DNA from: Bigelowiella natans CCMP2755
Lineage: Eukaryota; Protista; Cercozoa
Length of the DNA stretch: 39,491 bases
Direction of reading: 5' to 3'
Assembly (NCBI GenBank): GCA_000320545.1
Contig: ADNK01002822.1
Location: forward strand, 1 to 39,491
Part shown: one piece after another, positions 13,578-24,968 of the stretch
Numbering within the stretch: the first letter of the stretch is position 1
Layout: each line of letters begins with the position of its first letter
Position numbers and translations under genes: made by a program
The notes under the pieces: generated by a model
Databases searched by the model: none
What the model was told of the DNA's origin: nothing
Seen by the model: only the letters and a program-made list of their open reading frames with translations

Positions 13578-13950
13578 ATAAGCATGATAAGCATGATAAG
13601 CATGCCCCCGGTTTGGAGAGCTGGAGAAAGAGAAACCGTCGTATTATTAGAATATGTAGGGAGACAATGGTGTCCTGGCGTGTGTGACAGTATGTGTTGA
13701 TTCTTCCCCGTTTGGAAGTGTATGGAAAATGCAAAATGGCTTTGGTTATTATGCACAGCCGGGTGGTCGCTCGTAGCAGCTACTATCGTTATCCGTCGCT
13801 AGTGTGTAGCCATCTGCATACCGGTGCTGCGCTCAAAGGTGTGCTTGTTCAACTCGATCAGCCTCCTGGCTTCGTCTTTAGCATCGTGCCGATTGCAGTT
13901 CCACACACAGCAGGTGTACACATTGTCAAAACACGCACGCATGCATACAC

Positions 13951-13989
<39 letters not shown>

Positions 13990-14016
13990 GCATGAGCGCA
14001 ACGTATTCAGAAGCAC

Positions 14017-14056
<40 letters not shown>

Positions 14057-15017
14057 ATCATCTACGCGTAGAAACATCATCAGATTCAACGAAGCCGTGT
14101 GCACTATTATCCAGCAAACCCCCCCCCCCCCCCCCCCCCCCCTTAAACCCCACTCTTTGGTAGCTACTATCGACGATACGGGGTGCAATGAAGTTGTCAA
14201 ATCGGAGAAGCCATGGTCCTGGAGGCTGGCTAAGAGCCTATTAGTCAATTCTTCCAATGAGTTGTGCATAATTTAGTTTGTCTAATATAAGATCATCAGC
14301 GTTTTCACCGTGGTGTTGTACTGAGGGAAATCCGTCATAATCCGCTCAAACATCTTGTTCAAATCGCCTGTTTTTAACGGCAGCGACACGGGATTTCACA
14401 GAGAATCATTGCGTTGCAAAATATCCGATCTCATCATCATCATCATCATCATCATTATCATCGTCGTCGTCATCGTTGCGCCGCCGTCGTGTAATGTAGG
14501 TCATCATCATCACCAGGTTTCCACGCTGGGGTCTGGATCATATCTAACGAGGAGCGCTTGCAACGAACCTGTTGTTCACCATTCCACAAGCACCACGTGG
14601 TAGCAAGGAGGATGTTTAGGATCGATTACTACTTCTACTACTAGTAGTAGTAGCAGCAGGAGGAGGAGGTGGTGGAGGTGGAGGAGCAGCAGCGGAAAGG
14701 TAAATCCGATTATGCACAGAGCGCGACAGCTTCCTCCTCCTCCTCCCCTTCTTCATCATCATCATCACCATCAGCATTGCGATCGAATACAACATATCCC
14801 ATCAGCGCAACATCCCCCCCCCCCCCCTTCTCGGTGATGCGAACGTGGGCATTTCACGGCGACACACCTCGTCATTTGTTCACGGTGATGATGATGATGA
14901 TGATGATGATGATAATAATACGTTCTTCTAACCTTTGGATCTTGCAACGCGCACTGCTTGCAGCTCTTCGGGCAATGCACAATCATCCACCTGAGACACG
15001 TTGGGATTCGACATCAA

Positions 15018-15069
<52 letters not shown>

Positions 15070-15205
15070 CTTTCTCTTTCTATCAATCAAAGGAACAGTC
15101 ACTAAATCCTCCTTAAACCCCATAGCCGCCTGCAACGGTTGGGGATGGTTCTATTGAGGAATGGCTCCTACTACGAAACAATTCTCTCAGATGCAGTAGT
15201 AACTC

Positions 15206-15250
<45 letters not shown>

Positions 15251-16577
15251 TCTCGCAGCAGTAGCACCCCGGGGCGTTATTGCACTCTCCTCGCTCCGCG
15301 TTCTCCCTACAGTACTTTGGGAAACGATCCGCACCTGAAGCGATTAAGTTAAGAACATCATTTGAAGTCGTGCATTTTCCTTATATCACGGCAAATTAAA
15401 TGAATTGCCAAATTATGCTCTTCAACACTTGAAGGCAGCAATTTAGCTAATAGAGCTGCTTACGGGTGTGTAGTCAAGTACTGAAAATATAGCGTATACA
15501 GCGATGACTACTGCAACCACGACGATAACGACGATAGTGGGGATAAGGTGGTGATAATGATAAGAAGGAAGACATTACATTTCATTTGCTCAACTGATTG
15601 CTTCACAATGTCATCAGTGAGCTCGTAGAATGATACTCCGTGCACGATCTTGGTCTACAGAGGGAAAAGTGAGCGCGACCGACATTCACACGATTGAAAT
15701 TAAAGCAATGAGTAGATCACAGGAGGGGACAGGGGCCTCGTCGTTCCATGCTCCGTCCACGTGAACAAATGACCTACATTGGTTACGTGTTTGTATCATC
15801 ATACTCAGCGCTCTGCAGGCTTTGCTTGCGTTGGTCGCCCAAACAAGCACCAATCTGTTGCTCCGAGTATCTTCGGATTGAGGTACCGTAAAAGGTGCTG
15901 ATGGAAACTTTATCTCCGTGTGCTAGGCGATGGGCAACCGGTGTTCCAAACACTGCGAGAGGGAAAGGGAAGTGGGGCGAAGGAAAAATACAAAGATGGA
16001 GAATGGGGTTCTATTTTCACACCTTCTTCAGCATCTTACACGATAGCATAGATAATAATATTTCATTCTGCGATACTTTCGCGGGAAACAAGACCCGAAC
16101 CCCACCCCCGCCCCCCCCTCCCCCATGTTTTTCGGTCTCGAGAGAAAATCGTGTCGCTCATGGTTGGGAAACAACTACCTCCATCATCCCACCGAACGTC
16201 AACTTCACGACTGCATGAGTTCTTAAAGGTAACATCAACTTGACGAGGGGGTGTCTATAGTATGTCGCACACGCGACCGTACACAATACGGAAAGGACAT
16301 TTGCAGCATATTAACAAAAAAGCTCTCAATAGTAAGAATGGGCTTCGAACCTCCCTTGAAGAAGCTGCATGCACGTTCCCACTTGCATCGATTTCGACGA
16401 CCTTCAAATTTTAATGGGATGCTTATTGGAACAACTAGATTCTTCTATAGTAGACTCTTCTATATTCTGTAATTAGCAAGAAATCTCTACCTGATCATCA
16501 TCATCATATTGCGCCGTCGTCAACTGGCTACACAATGCTATACCAAATAGCACTAGCGATTGGATAGAAATACGCAT
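11736..16577 (-). CDS. Secreted/ER prolyl 4-hydroxylase alpha-like 2OG-Fe(II) oxygenase with a ShK domain and an N-terminal beta domain; one C-terminal exon not found
   Basis: About 19 exons: signal peptide MRISIQSLVLFGIALC; VTFKNSCSREVDVRWDDG domain; ShK CADRFPKYCRENAERGECNNAPGWMIVHCPKSCKQC; P4H motifs [79 protein letters not shown]; terminal exon 11774-11736 VPNLWGCTGSFS*. Confidence 0.88.
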
Positions 16578-16958
16578 CCCCGTCACCGAGAGATAAGGCC
16601 TAATTAGGTCGCGATTAGAATGGGCGTCTGAGTGGCCTTTAGGTGCGTGGATGGTGGATACCTGTAGGACGTGGCAGGGGCCGGAAAGTAGAGAGCAACG
16701 GTTCCAGGAGAATGAAGATGAGAAAGAAAAAATGACACAAAAAAGCATGCGATTTTATACCTGCGACAACCTAGGGAGCCACACGGGCTAAAGATTGTGT
16801 GCATGACGCGTGGAATTGCAGTCGGTGCCGGCTGTGAACAGAATTTACGATATTCTTAGGGTGAAAATGTATCGAAAATGTTTGACAACGTTGCAAGATG
16901 CCCGTAGGATATTTGTTCGATAAAAATCGATCTGGAAAGTAAACCTGACATCCGAACG

Positions 16959-17057
16959 ATGCGGTCCTCCGTGCCCCCCTCCAACCCGAGCGACAAAGTC
17001 AGGGCCAGCGCAAGGTTAACTCTCGAATACTTGCGTATGCGGGAATATTTAATCTAC

Positions 17058-17097
<40 letters not shown>

Positions 17098-17782
17098 CTC
17101 TCCCCTCTCATCCCAAACAAACCTAATCACAGGAAAGTTATGGAGCTGATTAGGTCTGATGAAGAGCCCCTGGTTCGAATAGATGAGGCTAAACTTGAAG
17201 AGGAGATTAAGACTAATCTCGACAAATATAAAGTCCAAAAGGAAGTTGGCGACAGGTTTTACTTTTAATGAATTTCACCACCGGCAAGCATGAAGTCATT
17301 GAGCATTTCTACCGACACAGCTGGACCCGTTGGGACTTTCATTTCTCAGATCCAAAGAATCCTGACTTGACAGCTCAGTGAGTATAAGATATTGTAGTGT
17401 GTCATTTTGGCATGTAAGACTCGTCTAATTCCACGATTCATTCGTGAGTGAACAAGTGTTTTTTCAAGAAATAAGAGATACAGAACAATCGATTATTTCT
17501 TTTGTTTCACGATTAACGATCATATTTGGGGGAAGATCGTTAGCTCTTTGGGATTTTAATGTATTAGTCTCGCTTGAAATATTACATTATTTTCGTTCGC
17601 CATCGGGTGCTTCTCTCTTCGACTTCCCGTACACTGTTTATTGGTATATATCTTCTCAGATACGTCCTTGTCCTAGATGCACTTAATTTTTGCTTCTGGC
17701 CCTTACCAGGTTTTCCAACCATATTCTAAATTTTGTCCTTGCAAATCTCTTCCAACACACATGCACACGTGTGCGCGCTCAT

Positions 17783-17826
<44 letters not shown>

Positions 17827-18295
17827 GGAGAAGAGAGGATGTATTGCACAGTTGCCGCATTTGTATTTCACATCTAAGATATATATTTTCCGTGACCTTC
17901 TCCTCCCTCTCCTCCTTCTCATCGTCACCATGTTAACGTATTTGTAGGATATGAGTATGAGCACCTTGCTGGTGCAATCAAAGCAGTTGCAGAGAGGTTC
18001 GTCTTTCTCGAAGAAACTGCTACTTTCAAAATGCAATCCGCAAATTCATCCGCCCCCCCGCACACAAGCACCTTAGTTCATGTGTATTCCCTGGTTTGTC
18101 TGAGTGTGGAAGGTGGAATACATTGTTCTAAATGGTATTTGGCTGTGGGCAGAGATCCAACGTTGCTGGGAGCTGAAAATCTAGCCAAGATTGACGAAGA
18201 AACGCTACAGAACTGGGTGATGGATGTATGAATGAATGTGGGGAATAAATATGCCTGTGTGTTAGTCGTGTTTCTCTTCTTCTTCCTCTTCCTCT

Positions 18296-18336
<41 letters not shown>

Positions 18337-18371
18337 TGCTCTCTCTCTCTATATCCCCCTCTCTCTCTATA

Positions 18372-18412
<41 letters not shown>

Positions 18413-18596
18413 TCGCTTTGCAGCTTCTGGCGTCCTTTAAAAGCAATGAAGAGGATAGAAAGGGGTAGTAGCACTTACTCAGTTACTATTACCATATAAG
18501 AGGCTAGAGGGGAGGAGAAGGCGATTATAAAAAATACTAGTTGAATGGATGATGAGGATAATTAAGTACAATAAAACGTGTATTGGGTACCACACA

Positions 18597-18640
<44 letters not shown>

Positions 18641-19803
18641 ATATTCATTCCTCTAATTGTGAGCAGTATCACTATTCCCGGGATCGAGGAAAGAGCTCGC
18701 TTTTTGCGCGAAGTAGAAACCGTGTAAACCGTGTTTAGCCCGTTGTTGGTAGGATGATGAATGGTGATGAGGACGACGATGATGATGACGATGATAATGA
18801 TGTTGTTGTTGATGATAGTGATGGTAAAAATGGCACGGATTATAATCACGAGCAGGGTTTCCTGCAAAACCCTCTCTTTCCTAATCCCTCTCTCCCCCTC
18901 TCTTTTTCTCTTTGTGGGCGTGTTTACGGGGCGGGGGGGGGGGAAGGAATAGTGTGGCCAAACACTCGATCCATCGTCGTGTTATTTGTTCTTAGGTTGG
19001 GTGCGCTCTCTTGGAGGACTTCGAGGGCAAAGCGACGAATTTGATCAAAAACGCGAAGGGGTCGGCCATAAATCTGGTATTCTTTGGATGATAGCAATGG
19101 CCTCTTTCTGTTCTTAATATGCGAAAAAAAATATAAAATATGGCTCGAAGCATGCTACCTTTGTGCACTAATGGCCATTAGTCGTGGTCGTCTTCTTCTT
19201 CTTCTTCTTCTTCTTCTTCTTCTCGTTACATTTTAACAACATGTGAGTAATACTAAGATGCTAATACCCTCCTGCACATGTTATCGGGCCTCAAATTATG
19301 GTGAGAGTAGGTTCGGTTGGTGTGTCGCCATTTCCCTGGATTTCGAGACCATTGCGTCTTTAGAGGAAAGCAGGTGGAATGGCAGTTGATCAATTGATCG
19401 ATCGATGATGATGATGATGAGGAGGAGGAGGAGGAGGAGAATGCTTCCGATTTCCGGCAGCAATGACAAGGGCTTGTGTGAAGAAGAAAATGAAGATTTT
19501 CATCCTGATGCCAGAGGCCCATAGAGCCGCACTCACGCACATGTGTATTTATTACTGTGCGTTTGCTTTTTCATGCACAGGTGTTCTTCCTCAAGAGAGC
19601 ACAGATATTTGTCGGTGATGTATACGGTGCATTTGAGGGAAAAGGTGCCGCCTGATGCTGTTACTAAAGCACTAAATACATGATGATTTTGTCAATGTCA
19701 CCGTTCTAATCCCAGCATCGTCGTTGCACGTCGCTCTTGCAGGTCTCGGAGCGTTGAAGGATATGGACAAATTAACATGCTTTCCGGTATGGTGTATATT
19801 TCG

Positions 19804-19845
<42 letters not shown>

Positions 19846-19864
19846 CTCCCGCCCCCCACACACG

Positions 19865-19910
<46 letters not shown>

Positions 19911-21298
19911 TACAGGACTATAGAATACCGCAACTGCTGCATCATCTCAAAGTAAGTCGTTCTTAGCTGCACACACCAGCACGGACTAAAGACCGATTTC
20001 TCGTAGCTTCTGCATAAGACGCTAATGGCCATTATTAGGCATAAGATAAATCTTCTATCCGCTCATATTTACGAAACAAGATCTGCCGCAACACACCATC
20101 TTGCCATCAGTGCCTTTCAATCTCTTAAACGGGCCAGCAAGTAATTCTGTTTGTTCATTGGGTTTGGTGGTAAAAGATCATGTGCTATAGCAAAAGCCTC
20201 GACGCGAAGATCCAAAGCAAAGCAGAGGTGAGTGAAAAGAGGAGGCCGGTTTCCTGAAATACAGCAATTCAAGCTAACGCCCAAACCGATAGATAACGAA
20301 TAGAGAGAAGAACAACCTATATGATGAAGTGATTAGCTTTCTTACACTGATATGTGCACTGAAACATGAAGGGGACTGCAGCAGGAGAAACGCTAATGAA
20401 TGGCTGCGCTCCTCTGTGATTATAGTTGTATTATATGTGGTTGATTGTTCACGTAGGACTTTTATCAAATTGTTGATTACCCACGGGTTCTTCGTCCCCC
20501 CCCCTCCTTCTCCTCCTACGATACCACAGATAGTTGCAGGATCGGAGGAGGAAATAGCAATACGTGCTGCAACGGTTAGAGGAGCAGACAAAACAGAAAT
20601 GATGATGCTGATAGCATATGCATACACACGTACACACGCACGCAAGCACGCACTTGTGTGTACGTATGCGTGCGCGTGTATACAGTTGTATACAAATGGG
20701 ACATTTGCCCGTATCGCTTCTGATAAGGCAGTGTATTTCTGTCTTGTAGCATTGTGGTTACGGTGTTCATTAGAATCATAATCATCAGCAGCAGTAGCAG
20801 CATTATCTTCATCATTCACCATTGTTGTCGTTGCCATTGCCGACTCTCTGTAAGTCATGGAATAGTATTGGGAGGGACCGACAGGAAAGCAACGTGGTTG
20901 ATAGCGACAAACCGTGTTGCATTCGTTGTCTCCCATTCGAAACGAATAACCTGATTGCGCAGCATCTTAAGATAAAGGCATCGCTATTACCGACTTTGTA
21001 TTGAGAATTCGATATTTGTCGAAATCTGTGGTAGGTCGTGGCTGTTGAATGGATACAACGCATCTTATCCAAATACGGAAAGGTCAGAGAAAAACACAAT
21101 AAAAATTGCTCTCATGATGGCCTGTTAGCGTCATGGCATAATACATTGGAACGCGTAAATTAGTCATGTAATTCATTACTCAACTTATCAATTTAGGACG
21201 CCAGCGTATATCAGCTCGATTGGATGTTATGGGAACGCGGCGAGGCAATTCTGACCGAAATCGGACCGCATCATCGGACTAAAACAGTCTACTACTAA
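16959..21298 (+). CDS. QNG1: Queuosine nucleoside glycosylase / Q salvage protein (DUF2419, C9orf64)
   Basis: About 18 exons giving QYVLVLDALNFCFWP, YEYEHLA, EERARFLREVG, HFPGFRDH, FFLKRAQIFVGDVYG, LTCFPDYRIPQLL, GSEEEIAIRAATV, LDWMLWERGE and C-terminal PHHRTKTVYY*, all diagnostic of DUF2419. Confidence 0.93.
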
Positions 21299-21771
21299 GA
21301 GATAATGAGCATGCACTACTCAGCACATCAGAATGATACCTTTGAATGCTGTGTATAGACGGTACCATGTAGAAATGTGTACCTTCTGTGCTGTTGTTAA
21401 TCGGAATAAAAAATATTGATGGTAAACTCTAGTTTTTCATTCAAAATCGCAACAGCTAAGCTGTCAGTCTCGATGACAATTCAATCACATGCTCGTGCAA
21501 GCATCGAAGTTCATGGCACACATGCCACATGTGCCATTGTGTCCACAGTGTGTTGCCTAGGTCAATCATCTCGATGTGCAGCAACGCCACATGCTCTGTC
21601 ACTTGCTTTCAACAAAACAATGTGCATGCACTGTCGCATGCATGAGGATGGGAAACCTGCCGATTTTGACAACGCAGCTAACATCTGTTCCTCGTGTCGA
21701 TTCAAATCTGATGATGTCACACCTGCAGCGCGGAGCGTGCAACCGACGCCCCACCAGCTGTGCCAGCATGG

Positions 21772-21807
21772 AGCCAGCTAGCTCTGGAGCTCTAGAGCTA
21801 GCTAGCT
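21772..21807. repeat. 36-bp palindrome, perfect except for two TA->CA/TG changes
   Basis: agcCagctagctctGgagctctagagctagctagct; restoring TA at the two capitalised sites gives a perfect palindrome. Confidence 0.85.
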
Positions 21808-22672
21808 AGGGGGCAGCAGCAAAGTGAGATCATTGAGGAAATTGTTCAAGCTTCGGACCAAGAGCCCAAATGTGCAATCTCATGTGTGGAGGTCTCAACA
21901 CGTGATGCATGCACATGGGGCTCCAGCCAGGCGGCAGCTAGGTCTGCATCAATGCCAAGCGGCACGAACTGAACGCGCGCAGTTCACCAGTTCAGTGCGC
22001 ACGTGCCACACTCAAACGGCGCTGGGGCGGCTGCTGCTCAGTGATCGACTCCACACCGCTCGCTCGCACGTGTCAGGGGCGAGAACTTGCGGCGTGAAGT
22101 GTCACCCCACCTGTGTGTCACGGACTGTTGGTCTGGCTGTTGCAACGTGACGCACGAAGTTGCGAACGACGTGCAACTTCACAACGACGAGAGTGTGAAC
22201 AACAGTGACAATGCGGCAAGCGCAGAAGAGGACCTGGATCACAGACCGCGCTGCTGACTTGAAGCGGGCCAATGTGTGCCTGTGTGCACGGGATTCCTGT
22301 GTTTTGCCAAGCAACAACACCATCCCTTCAAACCCCAATTGACGACAATGAAACAACAAACCTGATGATGGACTGAACAGCTGGCTAGCTGGGGTGTTTT
22401 GGCTGCTGCATTGGAACATCAGTCATGCTGCACGCACCATCATGGATTTTTGTGTGCGGTGGGCGTTTTGAAAATGGACGCTTTGGACCAAAAAAACACA
22501 GATGTTTCATGGAGAAAAAAAAAAATCAAGTTGTGATGAAAAGGCTTTTAGCGAACTCTGCACTGTCAATGCATGTGATGATGCTCATGGTGGCACCCGT
22601 TGCCAACCGTGCACACACAACGGCCATGACGGAGGAGCGCTGCCGGCACCGTTGCGCTGAAACTGTGGGGCA

Positions 22673-22862
22673 ATGATGTTCTCTTTCAACAGCAACATGT
22701 TCGAAGCATTGAAGCGCAACGACCTTCCCTGTCTGAAGCGTTCAATTGCGGAAAACGCAAACATTGAGGAGCATGTCACATGCGGTGGGTAGCATCGGGA
22801 GCGTTGACATTGTCACGTGCACGTGTAGTGTTGGGTGTTAGGTTAACATTGAGTAGAACATT

Positions 22863-22897
<35 letters not shown>

Positions 22898-24155
22898 TAG
22901 AAGTTGCAGAAAGCAACATTGAGAATGGGCTCAGTGACACTGATGGAAGCAGAAGTAGTGAGTAAGAGTGATATTTCCATGAATGTGGGCTATGATTTGT
23001 CATGGTAAACAAACGACCGGCGATTGTAATCACATTTTGGAGACATTTGTTGACAACACACACGTGTCATGAATGTTGGGATTGAATGCATGGTGTGTTC
23101 TTTAACAACCAAAATGAGTCGCTTTGCATAGTTGTGGATGTAGGTTGTGACATGTTGAGTCACAAACAACTCCTAGAGGACATTTCGTTGTTTGGAACAT
23201 GACATTCAAAATGTGTAAAGATGTGGTCTTTTTGCCTTTAGGTCTTACTCCGATGAGCGTGGGTTCCCTGAAGGGTCATTTGGACATCGTAAAGTACCTG
23301 GTTGACATGAATGCAAACATTGAGACGCAAAACGCCCTGGGTGGGTACCAATGCTGGCATTGAGGCAGTAGCAGTTGTAGAAGATGACACGTAGTTTGCA
23401 ATGATTAAACAACAATGCATTAGGTTTTGCTCCGTTGATCGTGGGTTGCATGAAGGGTCATTTGGATATCGTGAAGTACCTGGTTGACATGAATGCAAAC
23501 ATTGAGACGAAAGACAAGAGGGGTGGGTACCAATGCTAGCATTGAGGCAGCAGCAGTTGTAGAAGACGTTCTGTGATTTGCAATGATTACACAACGATGC
23601 ATCAGGTGACACTCTGTTGATCGTGGGTTCCATGGACGGTCATTTGGATATCGCAAAGTACCTGGTTGACATGAAGGCAAACATTGAGACGCAAAACGCA
23701 GGGGGTAGGTACCAATGCTAGCATTGAGGCAGCAGCAGTTGCAGAAGACGTTCCATGATTTCTAATGATTACATGACGATACATTAGGTAAGACTCCGCC
23801 ATTTTTGGGTTCCATGAAGGGTCATTTGGATATCGTGAAGTACCTAGTTGACATGAAGGCAAACATTGAGGCCAAAGACAGAAATGGGAACACTTCGTAT
23901 TTCTTGACACATCATGGCGAACTCAAAATCTTCATCAAGCAAAAATGCATTGAGCGACAGGTCCAGGTGTTCAACAGAGACTTGAGGGATTTGTACTTCT
24001 TGAACACGGAATTGAAGCGAGCGTTAGGGGCGGAAAGTGTTCGCCACATGCTCGGAAAAATAGACATTCAGGAGTGGATGCGCGCCATCTGCTCAGAGAG
24101 CGATTTCGGAAGCTTCATGTTGTCCCGTGGCCAATGTGAAGAGCTAGAGAAGTAG
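22673..24155 (+). CDS. Ankyrin-repeat protein, one repeat per 99-nt exon (open frame but mutated; possibly a pseudogene)
   Basis: Exons 22673-22784, 23242-23340, 23424-23522, 23606-23704, 23788-24155, all joined in phase 1. Repeats such as GFAPLIVGCMKGHLDIVKYLVDMNANIETKDKR match the ankyrin consensus G.TPL..A...GH.EIVK.LL..GA.I...D. Confidence 0.88.
23242..23886 (+). repeat. Tandem array with exact 182-bp period (99-nt exon + 83-nt intron), about 3.5 units
   Basis: Introns 23341-23423, 23523-23605 and 23705-23787 are all 83 nt and homologous (gtrggtaccaatgctrgcattgaggcag...catYag). Confidence 0.95.
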
Positions 24156-24928
24156 ATGCAATGTGCACAACGCACATGGTGTCGTGAAAGATGATGGACA
24201 CAGCAATGTGATGTGTGCATCACAAAGGGGTGGATCATCTCCTCTTGCAGTGGCAGTTAGGCAGTGACAGTGGGCTAGGCAGATGCCACAGATGTCAGAG
24301 ATGACGGGCTTTCTAGCAAGCAGATGAATGCAAGAAACACATGATGACAGCAGACACATGTGCACACATGAGACGGATGTGATGAATTGATCAAATGTTT
24401 TCAACAGTCATCCCAATGCAGCCGTGCAAAGCAGCGGCTACGTGCAGCGCTGCTAGCTAGCTCATGTCACACCTGTTTGTCTTCTGCTTTCTGCTGCATG
24501 TTTCATGCAATCAAAAGCATCTGCATGCGGTCGTCGATGGCGCGCAGCAGTCCCACAACTGCGGGGCAAACGCGCACATTTTCACATGCAAAAATGAGTT
24601 TTCTCGGCAACAACGCACGTGCCAGATGTCGGTTGGAGCGCTGAGGTCATCATTGGGCGCAATTGCAAGGGCCAGTTGCGCTCTTCAAAATGAACCAATT
24701 GCATTTTTTCCCAAATGTGTTGGTGATGATGGGGTGGAGCATTTCTGCAGTGCAACAATGACAGGTCTTGAAAGGAACCCATCCGAGATCATTTGGCGCC
24801 ATGCATTTGGGAGATCGCGCGCGGAGATGAGGTTTGGGCACCTTGTCAGGTGTGTGCCGCCTCTGGCGATCGACGATGGAAACTTTTGCAGTGCCCAACT
24901 GAAAATCGATTCGATTCGCACCGCTAGA

Positions 24929-24968
<40 letters not shown>

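Noticed and set aside
16330-16360. GGTTCGAA tRNA T-loop-like motif on the minus strand
   Set aside because: No cloverleaf; it coincides with a P4H splice donor.
23242-23886. Regularly spaced repeats resembling a CRISPR array
   Set aside because: The whole 182-bp unit is repeated, there are no unique spacers or cas genes, and it is a eukaryotic exon-intron array.
21425-24930. Helitron/MITE/LTR identity for the island (CTAG near both edges)
   Set aside because: No matching termini, target-site duplication, subterminal hairpin or transposase remnant could be identified.
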